NCBI RefSeq assembly: GCF_000143415.4
Contig: NW_003314280.1
Span: 2,153,549 to 2,217,548, forward strand
Source: Selaginella moellendorffii
Taxonomy: Eukaryota > Plantae > Lycopodiophyta
DNA: 64,000 bases
Direction of reading: 5' to 3'
Shown piece after piece: positions 24,398 through 36,142 of this stretch. Positions within the stretch are counted from its first letter, which is position 1. Every line of letters begins with the position of its first letter. The notes under the pieces were generated by a model. That model searched no databases and was not told the DNA's origin. It saw only the letters and a program-made list of their open reading frames with translations. Both the position numbers and the translations under genes were made by a program.

Positions 24398-24808
24398 CAC
24401 AGCATTCTTTTTTTCTTGTAATGGAGTTCACTAACATTTGACAAGTTTGTTGTTTGAGCTAAAGGTCCACCTAGAAGAGAGCTGCTGCTCGCGACGACTC
24501 GGTCCTTCGTATGGGGGATTGATCGGTGTGCACATGCTTGATTGTTTACGAGTTGCAAGGCGGGCATTCTTTGGCATTGTCTCGGTTTGTTTTTTAAGTG
24601 GGGCGTTGGGTGAGTGAGAGGGTGGAGGCTGGCTGATTTTTTTCTCTTCTTCTTGTGAGACGCAATTGCTGCCTCGCTGCTGCTGCTACTGCTGTGCTTG
24701 TGTTCAGTGTGTTAGCTGGCTGGGATTTTGGCTGGAGTGGGCTTGGCTTGGTTGGTGTCTGCTGGACCCGTGTTTGGCTTCTGCAGCGTGACAGACAGGG
24801 ATTTGTGC

Positions 24809-26084
24809 ATGGCTGCTTGCTCTGCTTCCTCTTTTGCTGATTGCCTGAAAAGCATAAAATACTGTCTGATATTTCCAGATTTCAGCAACTCGGATGAAGA
24901 CGTGGTGGTGCTCCAAGAGGAAGCAACAGATGAAGAGTGTGGTGGCGAAGGCGATCCCAAGGCGGATGTGGAGAAGGAGCCTTGTGCTCGTCGTCGTCGT
25001 CCTCGTGCTGCTGCTGGAAGTGCTGCTGGTGGCAACCTTTTGCGAAGTGGTGGTGGTGGTGCTCCGCCAGAGGTTGAGAAGGAATGGCTGTGGTCAAGAT
25101 GTAGCAGTGCTGGGTACGACCGAGGTGCACCACAAGTGACAGCAGCAGCAGCAGCAAATCTACGTCCTTGGAACAGGAACCTAAGGCTTTCCAAGAGGAG
25201 ATTCTTCCGACACTGGTGGCAAGTAAGTAGCTTCTCCTTTTACTCTGTGCCTTTCTTTACTCTTCATCTTTTATGGTGCTTTCCTGCCTTCTCGCTTTTG
25301 GAGTGACTGTGTCTGGCTGTGGTGCTGTGTGGGGAGAGGGAGAATTACTAGTTGCTCTCTGGAGCAGCGAGAAGAATTTTTGGGTTGTAGGAGTGGTCAC
25401 TTTCTGGTGTGTCTTTTATTGCTTGTTTATATATCTTGCACAGCACAGCGGCCATGCTCGTTCTAGATGGTGTTTCCATGCTCTGTGCATTGCTTTCTCT
25501 CTGCTGGGTCCAGGTCGCCAGTGAATGAGTGAATGAATGAGTGAGCCCCCTCCCTGGTGTGCTGGTGCTGTTAAGTTAATGCATTGTGTCCCAGGTCCTG
25601 GTAGCCCTGCCTGCCTGCCTGCTAAAAGGACCAATTCTTTGAAAAACTTTGGTTGACAATCAAAGTTTCAGGTTGCTCTAAAATGGTTTTAAGTACCATG
25701 AGTAGGGGAGTTTGACTATAGCTGTGCCTGTACTACATGCTGATGATGCTATGCTTCCTCCCAACAAGTCAAGTCTTCTCTCATTCCAGTCACTGCTTTT
25801 CTTAATCGTAGCTGGGCCGCTAGATCATGAGTTATAGAAGTCCTTTCTTTTTGAGAAGGTCACCCCATTTAAGCATTTTCTTATCTTGTGTGCCTCGCCT
25901 GTGGCAGGCGATGTTTGAGAGTGTTCAGGCCAAGGCTGTGCTGACCAGAACACGGACATGGCCACGGGACAAGCAACGAAAGCAGCAGCAGCAGCAGCAG
26001 CAGCGGCGGCAGATAAGTGGTACTAGTAAACATTTCTGGGCTGGGAAATGGAGAAGATCACGGACTCGCGCTCTTGGCTGCTAG
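24809..26084 (+). CDS. Hypothetical two-exon protein (~196 aa); exons 24809-25222 and 25908-26084
   Basis: A perfect GTAAGT donor at 25223 and a pyrimidine-rich acceptor at 25907 join two open frames in phase (...RRFFRHWWQ/AMFESVQAK...). No family recognised. Confidence 0.5.
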
Positions 26085-26150
26085 CTTTCGCCCGGCAGGC
26101 CCGCGGTTGATCTCTGACAGTACCACGTACTTCTTTGTTTATCATGTTAT

Positions 26151-27493
26151 ATAAGACTCATGGTTGTGTTGTGTGCACTATCACGAACTCCATCGTACAT
26201 TCTTTGGCTTGTGCCGTTGGACGCCGTTTCTGACAAACGATTGCTTCGCCATTAACGATGATAAGAGCTTTATTAGTACTCATACATGACAGTTTACGCA
26301 GTGAGCAGTCTAACAATCTTTTTATTTGCCGTTTGCAGCAAATGCCCCTAAAGGGCAAGTTTAACCGGACAGTGCCGGCAGAAATAAGCCTAGCCACTTC
26401 CAAAGCTCCGAGGCCGTGTGTGTACCGAGATCCGGGGTTGCATAGAGCAGAGACGGAGGCAAGCACAATGTAATGGCTCCGCGTGCTCTATGCTCGCGCT
26501 CTCACGCCTCGGCCGCGTTCCACATCGGGGCATTTTCTCCGCCCACCACATCCCACAGCCCAAGAAACATGAGCCACGCTTGGACGCGTCTCTCAAACAG
26601 GTTGTGGTCTCACATCGAAGGCGGGCTGCTGCACTCCGCAAAGATTATCTACAAAACAGTCCTGGAAGCAAAGAACAATTTATCTTGGATTTACCTGTGA
26701 CACTCGATGAATCAAGCGCAGGGGATTTCGAGATTCACAGGGTTTGTATTTAAAGCGGACGCTCTCGAAGAAATCTCTTTCGTTTCATCTTCTCGTACGC
26801 TCTTTGTCTATCATGTTCCATAAGGCTCAGTATCACGATCTTAATAGCTCAAAACTCCGTCGAGGATTCCTTGGCTTGTGCTGTTGGACGCTACGGTTTG
26901 CAATCAAGAGCAGAAAATCACGCCCACCTCGGAGAATCCTTGTCTTTTCCGGTTACAGCAAATGCCTCCAAATGGCAAGATTGCATCTGTCCGTCATCTT
27001 TCAACTCAAATCCAAAGAATCGTCACTTCTGATTCCAAAGCCGGAAATCTCTCGAAGAAGTCTCGTTCGTTTCGCCACGGTTTTATAACAAGACTCATGG
27101 TTGTGACCAATTCTTGTCTTTGTGATTTAAAAATCACAATTTGTCAACTCGAGCTCGAACAATTTTTTGACATAATCCTCGAGTTCTAGGTTTTGAATCT
27201 TTCAGCCACTTCCAAAGCTCCGAGGCATTGCATTTACGGAGATCTGAAAGAGCTGAGACGGAGACAAGCACAATGCAATGGCTTCTGCTCGCGGAAACTC
27301 CACTCTTGCGCTTGGAGGCGTTTCTCAAAGTCATCGTAGTCTCCTCCATTGCAAATAGGCTGTTTCACTCCACACGGACAAAGTTGATCTAAACAGCCAT
27401 ATCAATCAGGCCTTTGTTACATATGCCCTATTTTATACATGTTTATATCTATATTTTTAAAGCGAACGCTCTCGAAGAAATCTCTTTCGTTTC
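26151..27493. repeat. Degenerate local tandem duplication downstream of PsbY
   Basis: Shared blocks agactcatggttgtg (26154, 27091), gccacttccaaagctccgaggc (~26393, ~27205) and acgctctcgaagaaatctctttcgtttc (~26759, ~27466). Confidence 0.75.
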
Positions 27494-27504
27494 GCCTCGA
27501 TCGA

Positions 27505-28329
27505 TCACTTGGATTTCATGTTGTTGAGCTGGTTCAGTGCCGGCTTCAAGATGTTGAAGAGCACCCATCCAATCGCGGGAAGAATCACCAGCAGCAGCAG
27601 CAGTCCCCGGTTGTCGCTCTCGGCGATGCTCGCGATCTCCTGCGCCGCCGCGGCCTCCGCCTCGGGCGCGCCACCCAGCCCCGCCGCCGCCGCCGCCGCT
27701 CCAATGCCAATCGCCCCGATCACCCCCTTGGACGCCTTCATCCGATCAAACTGATTCAATGCCGGCCGGAGGATGTTGTAGAGCACCCATCCGATCGCTG
27801 GGACGAGAACGCCCAGCACGGCCAGGCCCCGGGAATCGCTCTCCGCGAGCTCGGCGATCTCCCTGGCGGCGGCGGCGGCGGCAGCGTGAGGCGGAGTGGA
27901 CGCTGCTAGTGCTGCCATGGCGCCCAGGCCACCCAATCCAATCGCCACCCCCTTGGCGTTCTTCATCCTCTCGAATTGGTTGAGCCCCGGGCGGAGGATG
28001 TTGAAGAGCACCCATCCCACCGCCGGGACGAGAGGGACGAGCAGCGCCAATCCCCTGGAATCGCTGTCCGCCCCGGCCGCGAGCTCCGCCACCGCTTGCT
28101 GTGCCGCGCTCGCGGACTCTACGCTGGCCAGCGCCGCGAACACCGCCCCCGCGAGCGCATTGTAGCCAATTCCACTCCCCAGCTCCTCCTTGGCGAGCTT
28201 GGACGAGATTATGGCTGTGGTGTGGAGCGCCGCGCGCGCGTGCTGTGGACGAATCCGGAGGCCTGATCCGAGGAATTGTCTCTGGAGCACTGCGGTGGAG
28301 GTGCCAGTCACGGCGGTCGCCATTGCCAT
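27505..28329 (-). CDS. PSBY: Photosystem II PsbY polyprotein with three PsbY units
   Basis: Transit peptide followed by three repeats of D[SN]RGL...PAxGWVL[FY]NIL[RK]PxLNQ, each preceded by a hydrophobic signal ending in AxA. Confidence 0.95.
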   Translation of the reverse strand: MAMATAVTGTSTAVLQRQFLGSGLRIRPQHARAALHTTAIISSKLAKEELGSGIGYNALAGAVFAALASVESASAAQQAVAELAAGADSDSRGLALLVPLVPAVGWVLFNILRPGLNQFERMKNAKGVAIGLGGLGAMAALAASTPPHAAAAAAAREIAELAESDSRGLAVLGVLVPAIGWVLYNILRPALNQFDRMKASKGVIGAIGIGAAAAAAGLGGAPEAEAAAAQEIASIAESDNRGLLLLLVILPAIGWVLFNILKPALNQLNNMKSK

Positions 28330-28680
28330 AGATTCTGGAGCACACGCACAGCGTCAGTGGATGAAATGTCGCCAAGAACACCTAGATTACGAGCTCTAGA
28401 GCCACAATCTAGCATACATTGCGATCCAGAGGCAAGGATTTCGAGCCACAGACCTTTGATCCAACCCTCGCCGCTGCGTCGAGCGCCTTGATCTTCCTCC
28501 TCTCGAATGGATGACGCAAAGGCTTCCAACCAATCGAAAATGTACACGTGGCTTGTGCGTATCCTTGTTCCTTGGGATATTCTCCTTGCTCGTCTCTAGG
28601 GTTTTGGTGGCTAGGGTTAGGGTTCTTGGAGAAGCTACTACTGCGGCGCGCGCGCTCTCGCTGATCTCGCAAGAGCAAGC
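28330..28680. promoter_or_regulatory. Short bidirectional promoter between PSBY and RPS17, with G-box and telo-box
   Basis: ACACGTGGC at 28544-28552. TAGGGTTT (AAACCCTA telo-box, typical of ribosomal protein genes) at 28597-28604. Confidence 0.55.
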
Positions 28681-29362
28681 ATGGTGAGTGTCTGGTTGCT
28701 GGGAGATTTGTGGCGTGACTGTGCGAAATGTTGTCCAGGGGCGCGTTAGAACCAAGACTGTGAAGAAGGCATCGAGGGTCATCATCGAGAGGTACTACTC
28801 TCGGATGACCCTGGATTTCCAGACCAACAAGAAGATCGCCGAGGAAGTAGCGATCATCCCGTCCAAGCGCCTGCGCAACAAGATCGCTGGGTTCGCCACT
28901 GTAAGAAATCCTCACAAAGATCTAAAGCTTCTTATCGTTTCTTCTCTTGCTTGCTTCGCAGCATTTGATGAGGAGGATCCAAAAGGGGCCAGTGCGCGGC
29001 ATCTCGCTCAAGCTCCAGGAGGAGGAGCGCGAGCGCCGTATGGATTTCGTGCCCGAGGAGTCGGAAATCAAGACCGACGTGATCGAGGTATAAGGTTGCA
29101 TTTCCATCGATTCTAGCTTCTAACTCTCCTCTCTCTCAGGTTGACAAGGAGACGCAAGATCTTCTCCACTCTCTGGGCATGGGAACGCTCCCTGGAGTTG
29201 TCCAAGTAAGCTTTTCCTTCGATCTCTGCGTTTTTTCTTCGATCTCTTGGTTTTCTCAAACGATCGATTCATTCGTAGGCTGCCACCACCGGCGGCGCGG
29301 GCGCTACCGCCGCTCCGGGAGGATTCTACTACCAACAGAACCAGGGAAACAAGCGAGCTTGA
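28681..29362 (+). CDS. RPS17: 40S ribosomal protein S17 (eS17), 146 aa; exons 28681-28683, 28739-28900, 28962-29087, 29140-29205, 29279-29362
   Basis: [21 protein letters not shown]...[45 protein letters not shown]; all introns are GT-AG and in phase. Confidence 0.96.
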
Positions 29363-29464
29363 AAATCTCATGTGAAACCTCGCAAGAAAGAATTTTGGGG
29401 ACCAACACCATTTTCGAGTGTTCGCAGCTTGGGGTTTATCTAGGGCTTTAGAAATCATCCATCC

Positions 29465-29905
29465 ATGGCGGCCATGGCGATCGCCGCTCCGCCCACCACC
29501 GCGATGGCCAAGGGCGGCCCCTCCACATTCGCGGCGCCCAAGAGGAAGCTGAGCGCCAAGGAGCTCTCCCGGACCATCTTCCGCCGCAAGCCCATGGAGC
29601 AGATCTACGCGATTCGGGTGGAGCGCGGTGTGAGCGAGCGGCGGCTCGAGGAGCTGGGCGTGGCGGATTGGTCGCGCTGGAAATCGGGCGAGTGCGGCTA
29701 TCTCTGGGATTGGATCGTGGACGAGTGGGTCTACATTGTGAGCGGCAGCCTGCTCGTCCACCCCGTCAACAGCGATCTCAGCGGCGAGTACTTCGCGGGC
29801 GATCTGGTGAGGTTTCCCAAGTGGTTTGACGCGCAGCTCTTCTTCCGGGGGGATTACGAGCAGCGCTACCGGTTCGTGGCCTATGGCGACAACGAGCTGG
29901 ACTGA
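29465..29905 (+). CDS. PTAC18: Plastid cupin-fold protein PTAC18-like
   Basis: RVERGVSERRLEELGV..WSRWKSG.C...WDW.VD..VYI..G...FAGDLVRFPKWF.A.LFF...Y..RY.F.AY matches the recalled At2g32180 pattern. N-terminus resembles a transit peptide. Confidence 0.82.
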   Translation: MAAMAIAAPPTTAMAKGGPSTFAAPKRKLSAKELSRTIFRRKPMEQIYAIRVERGVSERRLEELGVADWSRWKSGECGYLWDWIVDEWVYIVSGSLLVHPVNSDLSGEYFAGDLVRFPKWFDAQLFFRGDYEQRYRFVAYGDNELD

Positions 29906-30078
29906 CGGATATTCGCTGTAATCTTTCAAGAGCCCTAATCTTAACTCCCGCCGTCTAGTGTTTAAGTTTAAAAAAGTGTTGCTTTATTTCCAGTGAAGTC
30001 AAAGAAGCTTTTCTTGTCTACTATGTACGCAAGGAATGCTCCACTGTAGCTTAGACAGCGATACATCAACAACGCTGG

Positions 30079-30114
<36 letters not shown>

Positions 30115-30155
30115 GTCTGGCTTTTCTTGGATCCAGAAGCAGCGAAAGGTCTGCT

Positions 30156-31001
30156 ATGCGCAGCGAGCAGCATCCAAACGACAGAGCTTCTTACTTGGTT
30201 CTCGTGCTGGGATTGATGCTCTGGATCCAAGTAAGTCCCGTGAAGTCGAAGTCTCACGCTCCGGAGCTCGAGGTTCTGAATGAGGCCGGGAGCAGTCGCG
30301 GGAACCGGAGCTTTGTCGAGAACATGGGCGACGCCGGGGCCAAGAGTGTGCTCAAGCAGGCACTGAGATTCACCACCAGACTGCTCCAAGTGAGCTCCTC
30401 GGGCAGGAGAAAGATTGTTCTGGTTATTAGCACGCTGCCCGAGGGGGAGACTGCGAGCACCACCACCATCGACAACATGTCAGTCATTGAGATCAGCCAG
30501 CAGCACCTGGGGGAGTTTCAGGGAGACGTTACCCGAGAGATCGAGGGGCTCATCTACGAGCAGATGACCAATGCTTGGATCAACGGTATTGGTGCCGCTC
30601 CTTCGGGACTCTTGACGGGCATCGCAAAGTTCGTGCGCCTGAAAGCCGGCCTCCCACCGGACAACCAGTTCGAGCCGGATGAGTTCGTGACCAGCACCAA
30701 AGGCCCCTGGGACGTTGGCTCGTATGCCACGGCACACTTCCTCGTGTACCTGGAAGACTCGTTTCAGTCCGACTTCGTAGCTTTGATCAACAGGAAAATG
30801 GCAGACGGGTGGGATGAGAGCTTTACCTGGCAAATACTTGGCTTGAGCGTTGAGAAGTTGTGGCATGAATGGTCCATGGCTCCACATCCTTCTCCTGTAG
30901 ATTCCTTCGTCATCGGAGGTGTACTCTCCAGTGCCGTGGTTGCGAATGTTTCTAGTATCTGTCTTCTTGTTTTGTTTAACTTGGAACTTTCAGATAGATA
31001 G
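30156..31001 (+). CDS. Basic secretory protein (BSP/PR-17) family, metal ligands degenerate
   Basis: Signal-like hydrophobic stretch after ATG 30156, then EIEGLIYEQMTNAW...APSGLLTGIAKFVRLKAG...WDVGSYATAHFLVYLE...LGLSVEKLWHE. 3' end may be spliced. Confidence 0.8.
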   Translation: MRSEQHPNDRASYLVLVLGLMLWIQVSPVKSKSHAPELEVLNEAGSSRGNRSFVENMGDAGAKSVLKQALRFTTRLLQVSSSGRRKIVLVISTLPEGETASTTTIDNMSVIEISQQHLGEFQGDVTREIEGLIYEQMTNAWINGIGAAPSGLLTGIAKFVRLKAGLPPDNQFEPDEFVTSTKGPWDVGSYATAHFLVYLEDSFQSDFVALINRKMADGWDESFTWQILGLSVEKLWHEWSMAPHPSPVDSFVIGGVLSSAVVANVSSICLLVLFNLELSDR

Positions 31002-31192
31002 ACCCTGTCTGTAAATGTTGTTCAAGACCCCCGAGAGGATGTAAGTAAGAGAAAGAGCTTCAAAAGAAGATACCGTTCCATAACTCGGCTCACATTCCCA
31101 GTCCTGATCTCTATTTATATCCCCTACAAAACTTAATAGCTTGGTAGGATAGCACCAAGACTTTCAAAAACTCCCACCTATGAAATTCTTAG

Positions 31193-33257
31193 TCATGTAA
31201 AAACTTTGTAGAAGGCTCACGAGATGCTCCTTCACCGACTCAGGGAGTTGACGGCGCAGCTCTTCACGCATTTTGTCCCTGCACGTACCAAAAGTTAGCA
31301 CTGTTTTGTTACTATCAATAGTTTTGCTCACCTTGCCTCGGGGTCATCTCTGCGGCATCGCTTTGTGGACCGTCTAACCTCATCACACCAGCCCGACTGT
31401 TTCAAAATTTCCCGGCCTTCATTCTCCAGCCTGAGAGTAAACAAACCTGGGAGTTAGAAAAGAAGCACGTTTCATAGTTACCTTAGTTTTAGCGCTTCGA
31501 AATCTGCGGAGGCCTTAAAATCGTGCAAACGAGCTTCAAGTTCCCTTTGTCTTTTCTGTGGCACAGAAACTTTGGAACCTGCAGACTCGCTTGCACGTGC
31601 TGCATCATTTTCCCTTGGCGGTGATGGAGGGACTGCCGGTTGGATCTCCTCGCTAACACCGTTTTCGGATGACTTGGTGTCCTTAGCTTTTGCCGACTTT
31701 ACAGAGTTTTCGAGAGGAGTTGACTTTGAAACCGACATTGTGGCCGACGATATCGCCGCAGGCGGCTTGCTCTCTGGCTTGTCTACAGGAGTTTTGGGGT
31801 CAATCAGCTTCAATACTTCCTCTGCTACGGATATCGGCTTGAGGGCAGTAGACTTCTCTCGCTTCGCAAATGAAAATGTAACTTTCTGCTGGCCATTCTT
31901 CGCCGATGAGCAAGAAGCATTGGGGCTGAGCACGACGGGATCAGGCGTTGGAGGTGGTGAAGGCGTAGAGGAGGCGGAAGAAAGACCGTCTTTCGAAATT
32001 TTGGAAGAATCCCGGACGTAGAAAAGTATATAGACTCTCTCCGACAATACAGTCGCGCTGGAGGCGGCTGAAACGAAAGAATCGTTACAGCAATACCATT
32101 GTCCTCGAGGGTCCTGGAAAGCGTATAAAACACTACTTTATGACGTAGGAAAACACAAATACCTTGACATAAGCATAATAATGCCCACCATATTGCGAGA
32201 ATCCAGAATGGACTACAACAGCATACAGAGAATAATCGGGATGCACATCCTGGAAAGAACTATATCACGATAAATGATTAGAAATCAAAGAGCTTACCGG
32301 ACTATTTTTTGACATGTGGCTTCGAAGCTTCAGCTCTTCTTCAAACTCTACGTGAGCATCAATTTTGCCCCCCAGAAAATTCTCAAACCTCTGAAGAAGC
32401 AAGCGTTAGCATTTGGTAGAGAAATGGTTGCTGGGACAATACCTTCAACTGGATGACGAGAACATTAGGAGACTGATATATCGACAGCTGCTTCCTTGCG
32501 ACTGAAAGCTTTTTACACCTGGAAGGAAAAAATAAGAGACGCTGAGGAAAATCATAATGTAAGAAAAATACTCACTTCTCACACTGATATTTATTGTTGC
32601 CGTCCAAAACCTCCGGCTGGAAGAAATTGCAGATGGCTTCCTTCAAGGTCTTAGTTCGTACGATGTCCAGGCTGAGGTCCATGACGCTGTCCAGCTTGCT
32701 AGACACTGCGTTGCACGACAAACACCAGATTTGGCTCTGCAAAAATCCTCCAAAAATCTCCTTCATCACGGTCTGGTCGGAGCTCTTCGAACCGCGTTTC
32801 TGGAGCCGCGCACAGGCGCTGTCGCATGCATCTATGGCGTATCTCAAAAGCTCGTGAGCGTCTTCCTGCCGTCCAGCCCGAAAATGTTTCGCAAACGTCT
32901 GGAGGTATTTGTATATCCGTTGCGGGGCATCGACCGGCACCTCAATATCGAACGACCGAGAAATCCTGTTCTCCAGCATGCAAAACGGGCAGGCAGAGTT
33001 GGCTCCATCACCTACAAGAAGAGAAAAAGAAAGAATCGATGAGAAAGAAAGGACAAGTTACCACCCAGAGTCAAAAACTCACATTGCTTGGAATGTTGGC
33101 CCCGAAGACAATAGTTCGCGAGCGGTGGAGTGTAAGTCAGGCACTGAAGTACGCTGTTCAAGTAGCAAGTGTTGCCGAGATTCTTAAACCCGAGCGGCTT
33201 GCACTTGCGCTTGTGATTTCCCTGCCAGCTGATGTCCAGTGACGGAATGACAGCCAT
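31193..33257 (-). CDS. Ubiquitin-specific protease (peptidase C19, UBP23/25-like), about 8 exons
   Basis: Cys box [26 protein letters not shown], His box [18 protein letters not shown] and WYCCNDS...YILFY. Short GT-AG introns; stop TGA at 31193-31195. Confidence 0.92.
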
Positions 33258-33699
33258 CTAAACTCTCCAAGACCAAAAAATAAAACCTTTCCTATGCCGT
33301 TTCCATTTCTCCGAACAGGAAGAACCAAAAAAACCCAGAACAAAAATTCCTTCCACCTCCTCCCGTTGCAGTCTTGATTTCTAGACCGTAAGCTCTGGAA
33401 AAAATAAAGCCGCTACTGTCTGATTCGAGACTAGGGTCGTCTTCGTCTCTTCGCTTGCTCGCTCTCTCTCCCTCCCTCTTAACCTACATTACGCGATTCT
33501 ACGCTGCGATTCTAGTCACTGGACATTCACCTGGAGGACCTAGCGGGCGTGGCGCCTCGCGTCGTCGAGCTGTGCTCTCTCCCGCTGCCGGACCACCACA
33601 AACCCTAATCTAAACACACCGGGGAAACGAATCGAACCACCGACCTCTTTATTATTCCATAAGCAAACTCCTAGTTCTTGGGCGAGTTCTTCCAGCGCT

Positions 33700-34563
33700 C
33701 TAGCTTCTGGCGGCCGGGACCGCGTATCCCTGGAGCATCCTCTCCACGTACTTGCCCAAGATGTCCACCTCCAAATTCACCCTGTTGCCCACGGCCTTGC
33801 CCGGGATCACCACCTTCTGCTGCGTGAATCCCACCAGCATGAAAGTGAAGGAGCTCTCCTCGTCGATCACATCCACCACCGTGAGGCTCGTCCCGTCCAC
33901 CGCGATGTATCCCTTGGGGACGATGTACTTGAGGAGATCCGGGCTCGCCCTCACCTTGATCCACAGCGAATTCCCCTCCGGTTCCATGGAAACGATGGTG
34001 CCGGTGCCATCGACGTGCCCCTGGACGAAATGCCCGCCCATCCGCGAGCTGGGCTGCAGCGATCGCTCCAGATTCACCTGCGATCCCGTGGAGACCTCGC
34101 CCAGCGATGTTCTTCGCAGCGTCTCGGGCGACAGGCCGACCGTGAAGGCGGCCGCGTCGAAGGCCGTGACGGTGAGGCAGGTGCCATTCACGGCGATGCT
34201 GTCGCCCAGCTTCACGTCGTCCAGGACGATGCTCGCCTCCACGGTCATCTCGCAGCCGCCATCGTCGCCCACGCTCACGCCGCGCACCCGGCCCATCTCC
34301 TCCACAATGCCCGTGAACATGGCCGTGATGGCGCGAGCCCTAGGCCTGTGCTGCTGCTTTCTTGCGCTCCTCCCCAAGGCCGCCGATCGCCAGGGATTGC
34401 CGCCGCCGAGGCTACTGTGGATTGCTGCCCTGGCGCAAGCTGCTGATAGATTCCACACTGCTGCTGTTGCTGCTGCTACTGCTACTGGACGCGGTGCTGG
34501 CGCCAATGCTAGCTGAGATCGCAAAGCGGATGAATTCGCTGCGGCGGGCGACGCGATCGACAT
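33700..34563 (-). CDS. Riboflavin synthase (alpha-chain type), plastid-targeted
   Basis: MFTGIVEEMG signature after the transit peptide; GDSIAVNGTCLTV, VNLERSL, MGGHFVQGHVD, KGYIAVDGTSLTV, VNLEVDILGKY. Confidence 0.97.
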   Translation of the reverse strand: MSIASPAAANSSALRSQLALAPAPRPVAVAAATAAVWNLSAACARAAIHSSLGGGNPWRSAALGRSARKQQHRPRARAITAMFTGIVEEMGRVRGVSVGDDGGCEMTVEASIVLDDVKLGDSIAVNGTCLTVTAFDAAAFTVGLSPETLRRTSLGEVSTGSQVNLERSLQPSSRMGGHFVQGHVDGTGTIVSMEPEGNSLWIKVRASPDLLKYIVPKGYIAVDGTSLTVVDVIDEESSFTFMLVGFTQQKVVIPGKAVGNRVNLEVDILGKYVERMLQGYAVPAARS

Positions 34564-36012
34564 CGCTGAGATCTCCTCCTATTCACCACCCATTGCCAGC
34601 CCTAGACGAAGAGCCCTAATTTCACGAAACTAAAATTCAGCTAAGGGGCCTAAAAATCCAGTTGTGAGATTTCTCAGCCCGCTAACCGCAGCAGGTGCCG
34701 ATACATCACCCCTCGCATTCTTCCTTGCATTCTTTTTGTTCGTTCTTCCACGCGTGTATTTTGTTGCTCTCATTATTCTAGCTCTAGAGCTCTCGTCAGT
34801 TCTTCCATCACTTCCTTAACGCAATAAACTGATTTGGCACACTCGAGTTCTTGAGAAAGAAGTTACTCTTGTATTTTTCATATACACCTTCCCAATAGCA
34901 TCTAGCCAACCCCTACACCTAATGTCTCATCCAAACTTAGACTCAGAACCTGAAGCTTGTTGCATTAGTGGTTCGATTGTTATTCACTGTAGTCTATGTT
35001 GCGAGAGCCTTGATCGAGCATCAGTTGAGAGCAGAAAAAGGCAACAATTTCTCAGGTTTTAGAAGAGCTTATCCTATTCCTAGATTGCTTGCCAGGTTTA
35101 GATAGCTGATGGCTGATAAAAGAAGAAGCCAATGGGATGATACAACACAAAGATCTGTGAGGTTCGAAGAAGTCACTGAACAGCTCCTGGTTACGTTAAG
35201 CCACTGCGAGCGTGGTAAGGGACAAGGAGAAGCTTTTAAGCGTGACTCCACTAGCCTAGTCACACCCACAAGCTTACGAGAACGCAATGCACTCAGCACA
35301 TCGCTCGGTGAAAATTAAAAGGTGGCGAAGATGAGGAATGATGGAGACAGTATCTCTAGACAATCTCTTGTGCATTTTGAGCGATCTGGACAAGAGTCAA
35401 GAACCATACATACCGCCTTAAATTACAATAGCAATGCTTCTGATGGTCTGATGCGTGATTTACAGGTATAATTCTTGGTTTGAGTTCAGCCACTGAGACA
35501 AGTTTTCAAAACTATAAAGAATGAGACATTAAATGTGTTGGATGTTTGAGGTGTTCCATCAAGGCATTTAGTTGTGTAGAGGCGTTGAGGAATAAGCAAC
35601 AGCAAGCAAAGTATAAAGCAAGTGGGAGATTGAAAGATTTCAGTAACCCATTTCAAAAATTGGGTCAAGATTCAAGAACATTGCATAGTAGTTTTTTATA
35701 AGAATTTCTAACAATTAAGGATTTTTATGGAGATTCAAATGCCTAATGAAGTGGGGTCTAGCAATTCATAAGTCCACAATACTAGTGACAAAATTGAAAT
35801 CATACTTTTTCATATGCTTTTCTCATTAGCTACCTAAGCTGAGTAAGTTTCTATATATATATATATATATATATATAGACCCATCTATATACAATTATAA
35901 TACACACAATTCTTCCTCCTCATATGCATATATTTGTAAAAGTCCACACTTGGTTTATGGTCCATGTTTTCACAGTTCTTGAGATTGACTTTATAATTCT
36001 TTAGAAGTCATT

Positions 36013-36142
36013 ATCAATTAGAAAAAATAAAGAAAGAATTTATTGTCATGAAAATTAAAATTTATATACCTCGAAATGACTTTAGGTATATAAATTTTAA
36101 TTTTCATGACAATAAATTCTTTCTTTATTTGTTCTAATTGAT
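36013..36142. repeat. Near-perfect inverted repeat: 59-bp arms with one mismatch, 12-nt loop
   Basis: 36013-36071 is the reverse complement of 36084-36142 except for one base. Confidence 0.95.
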
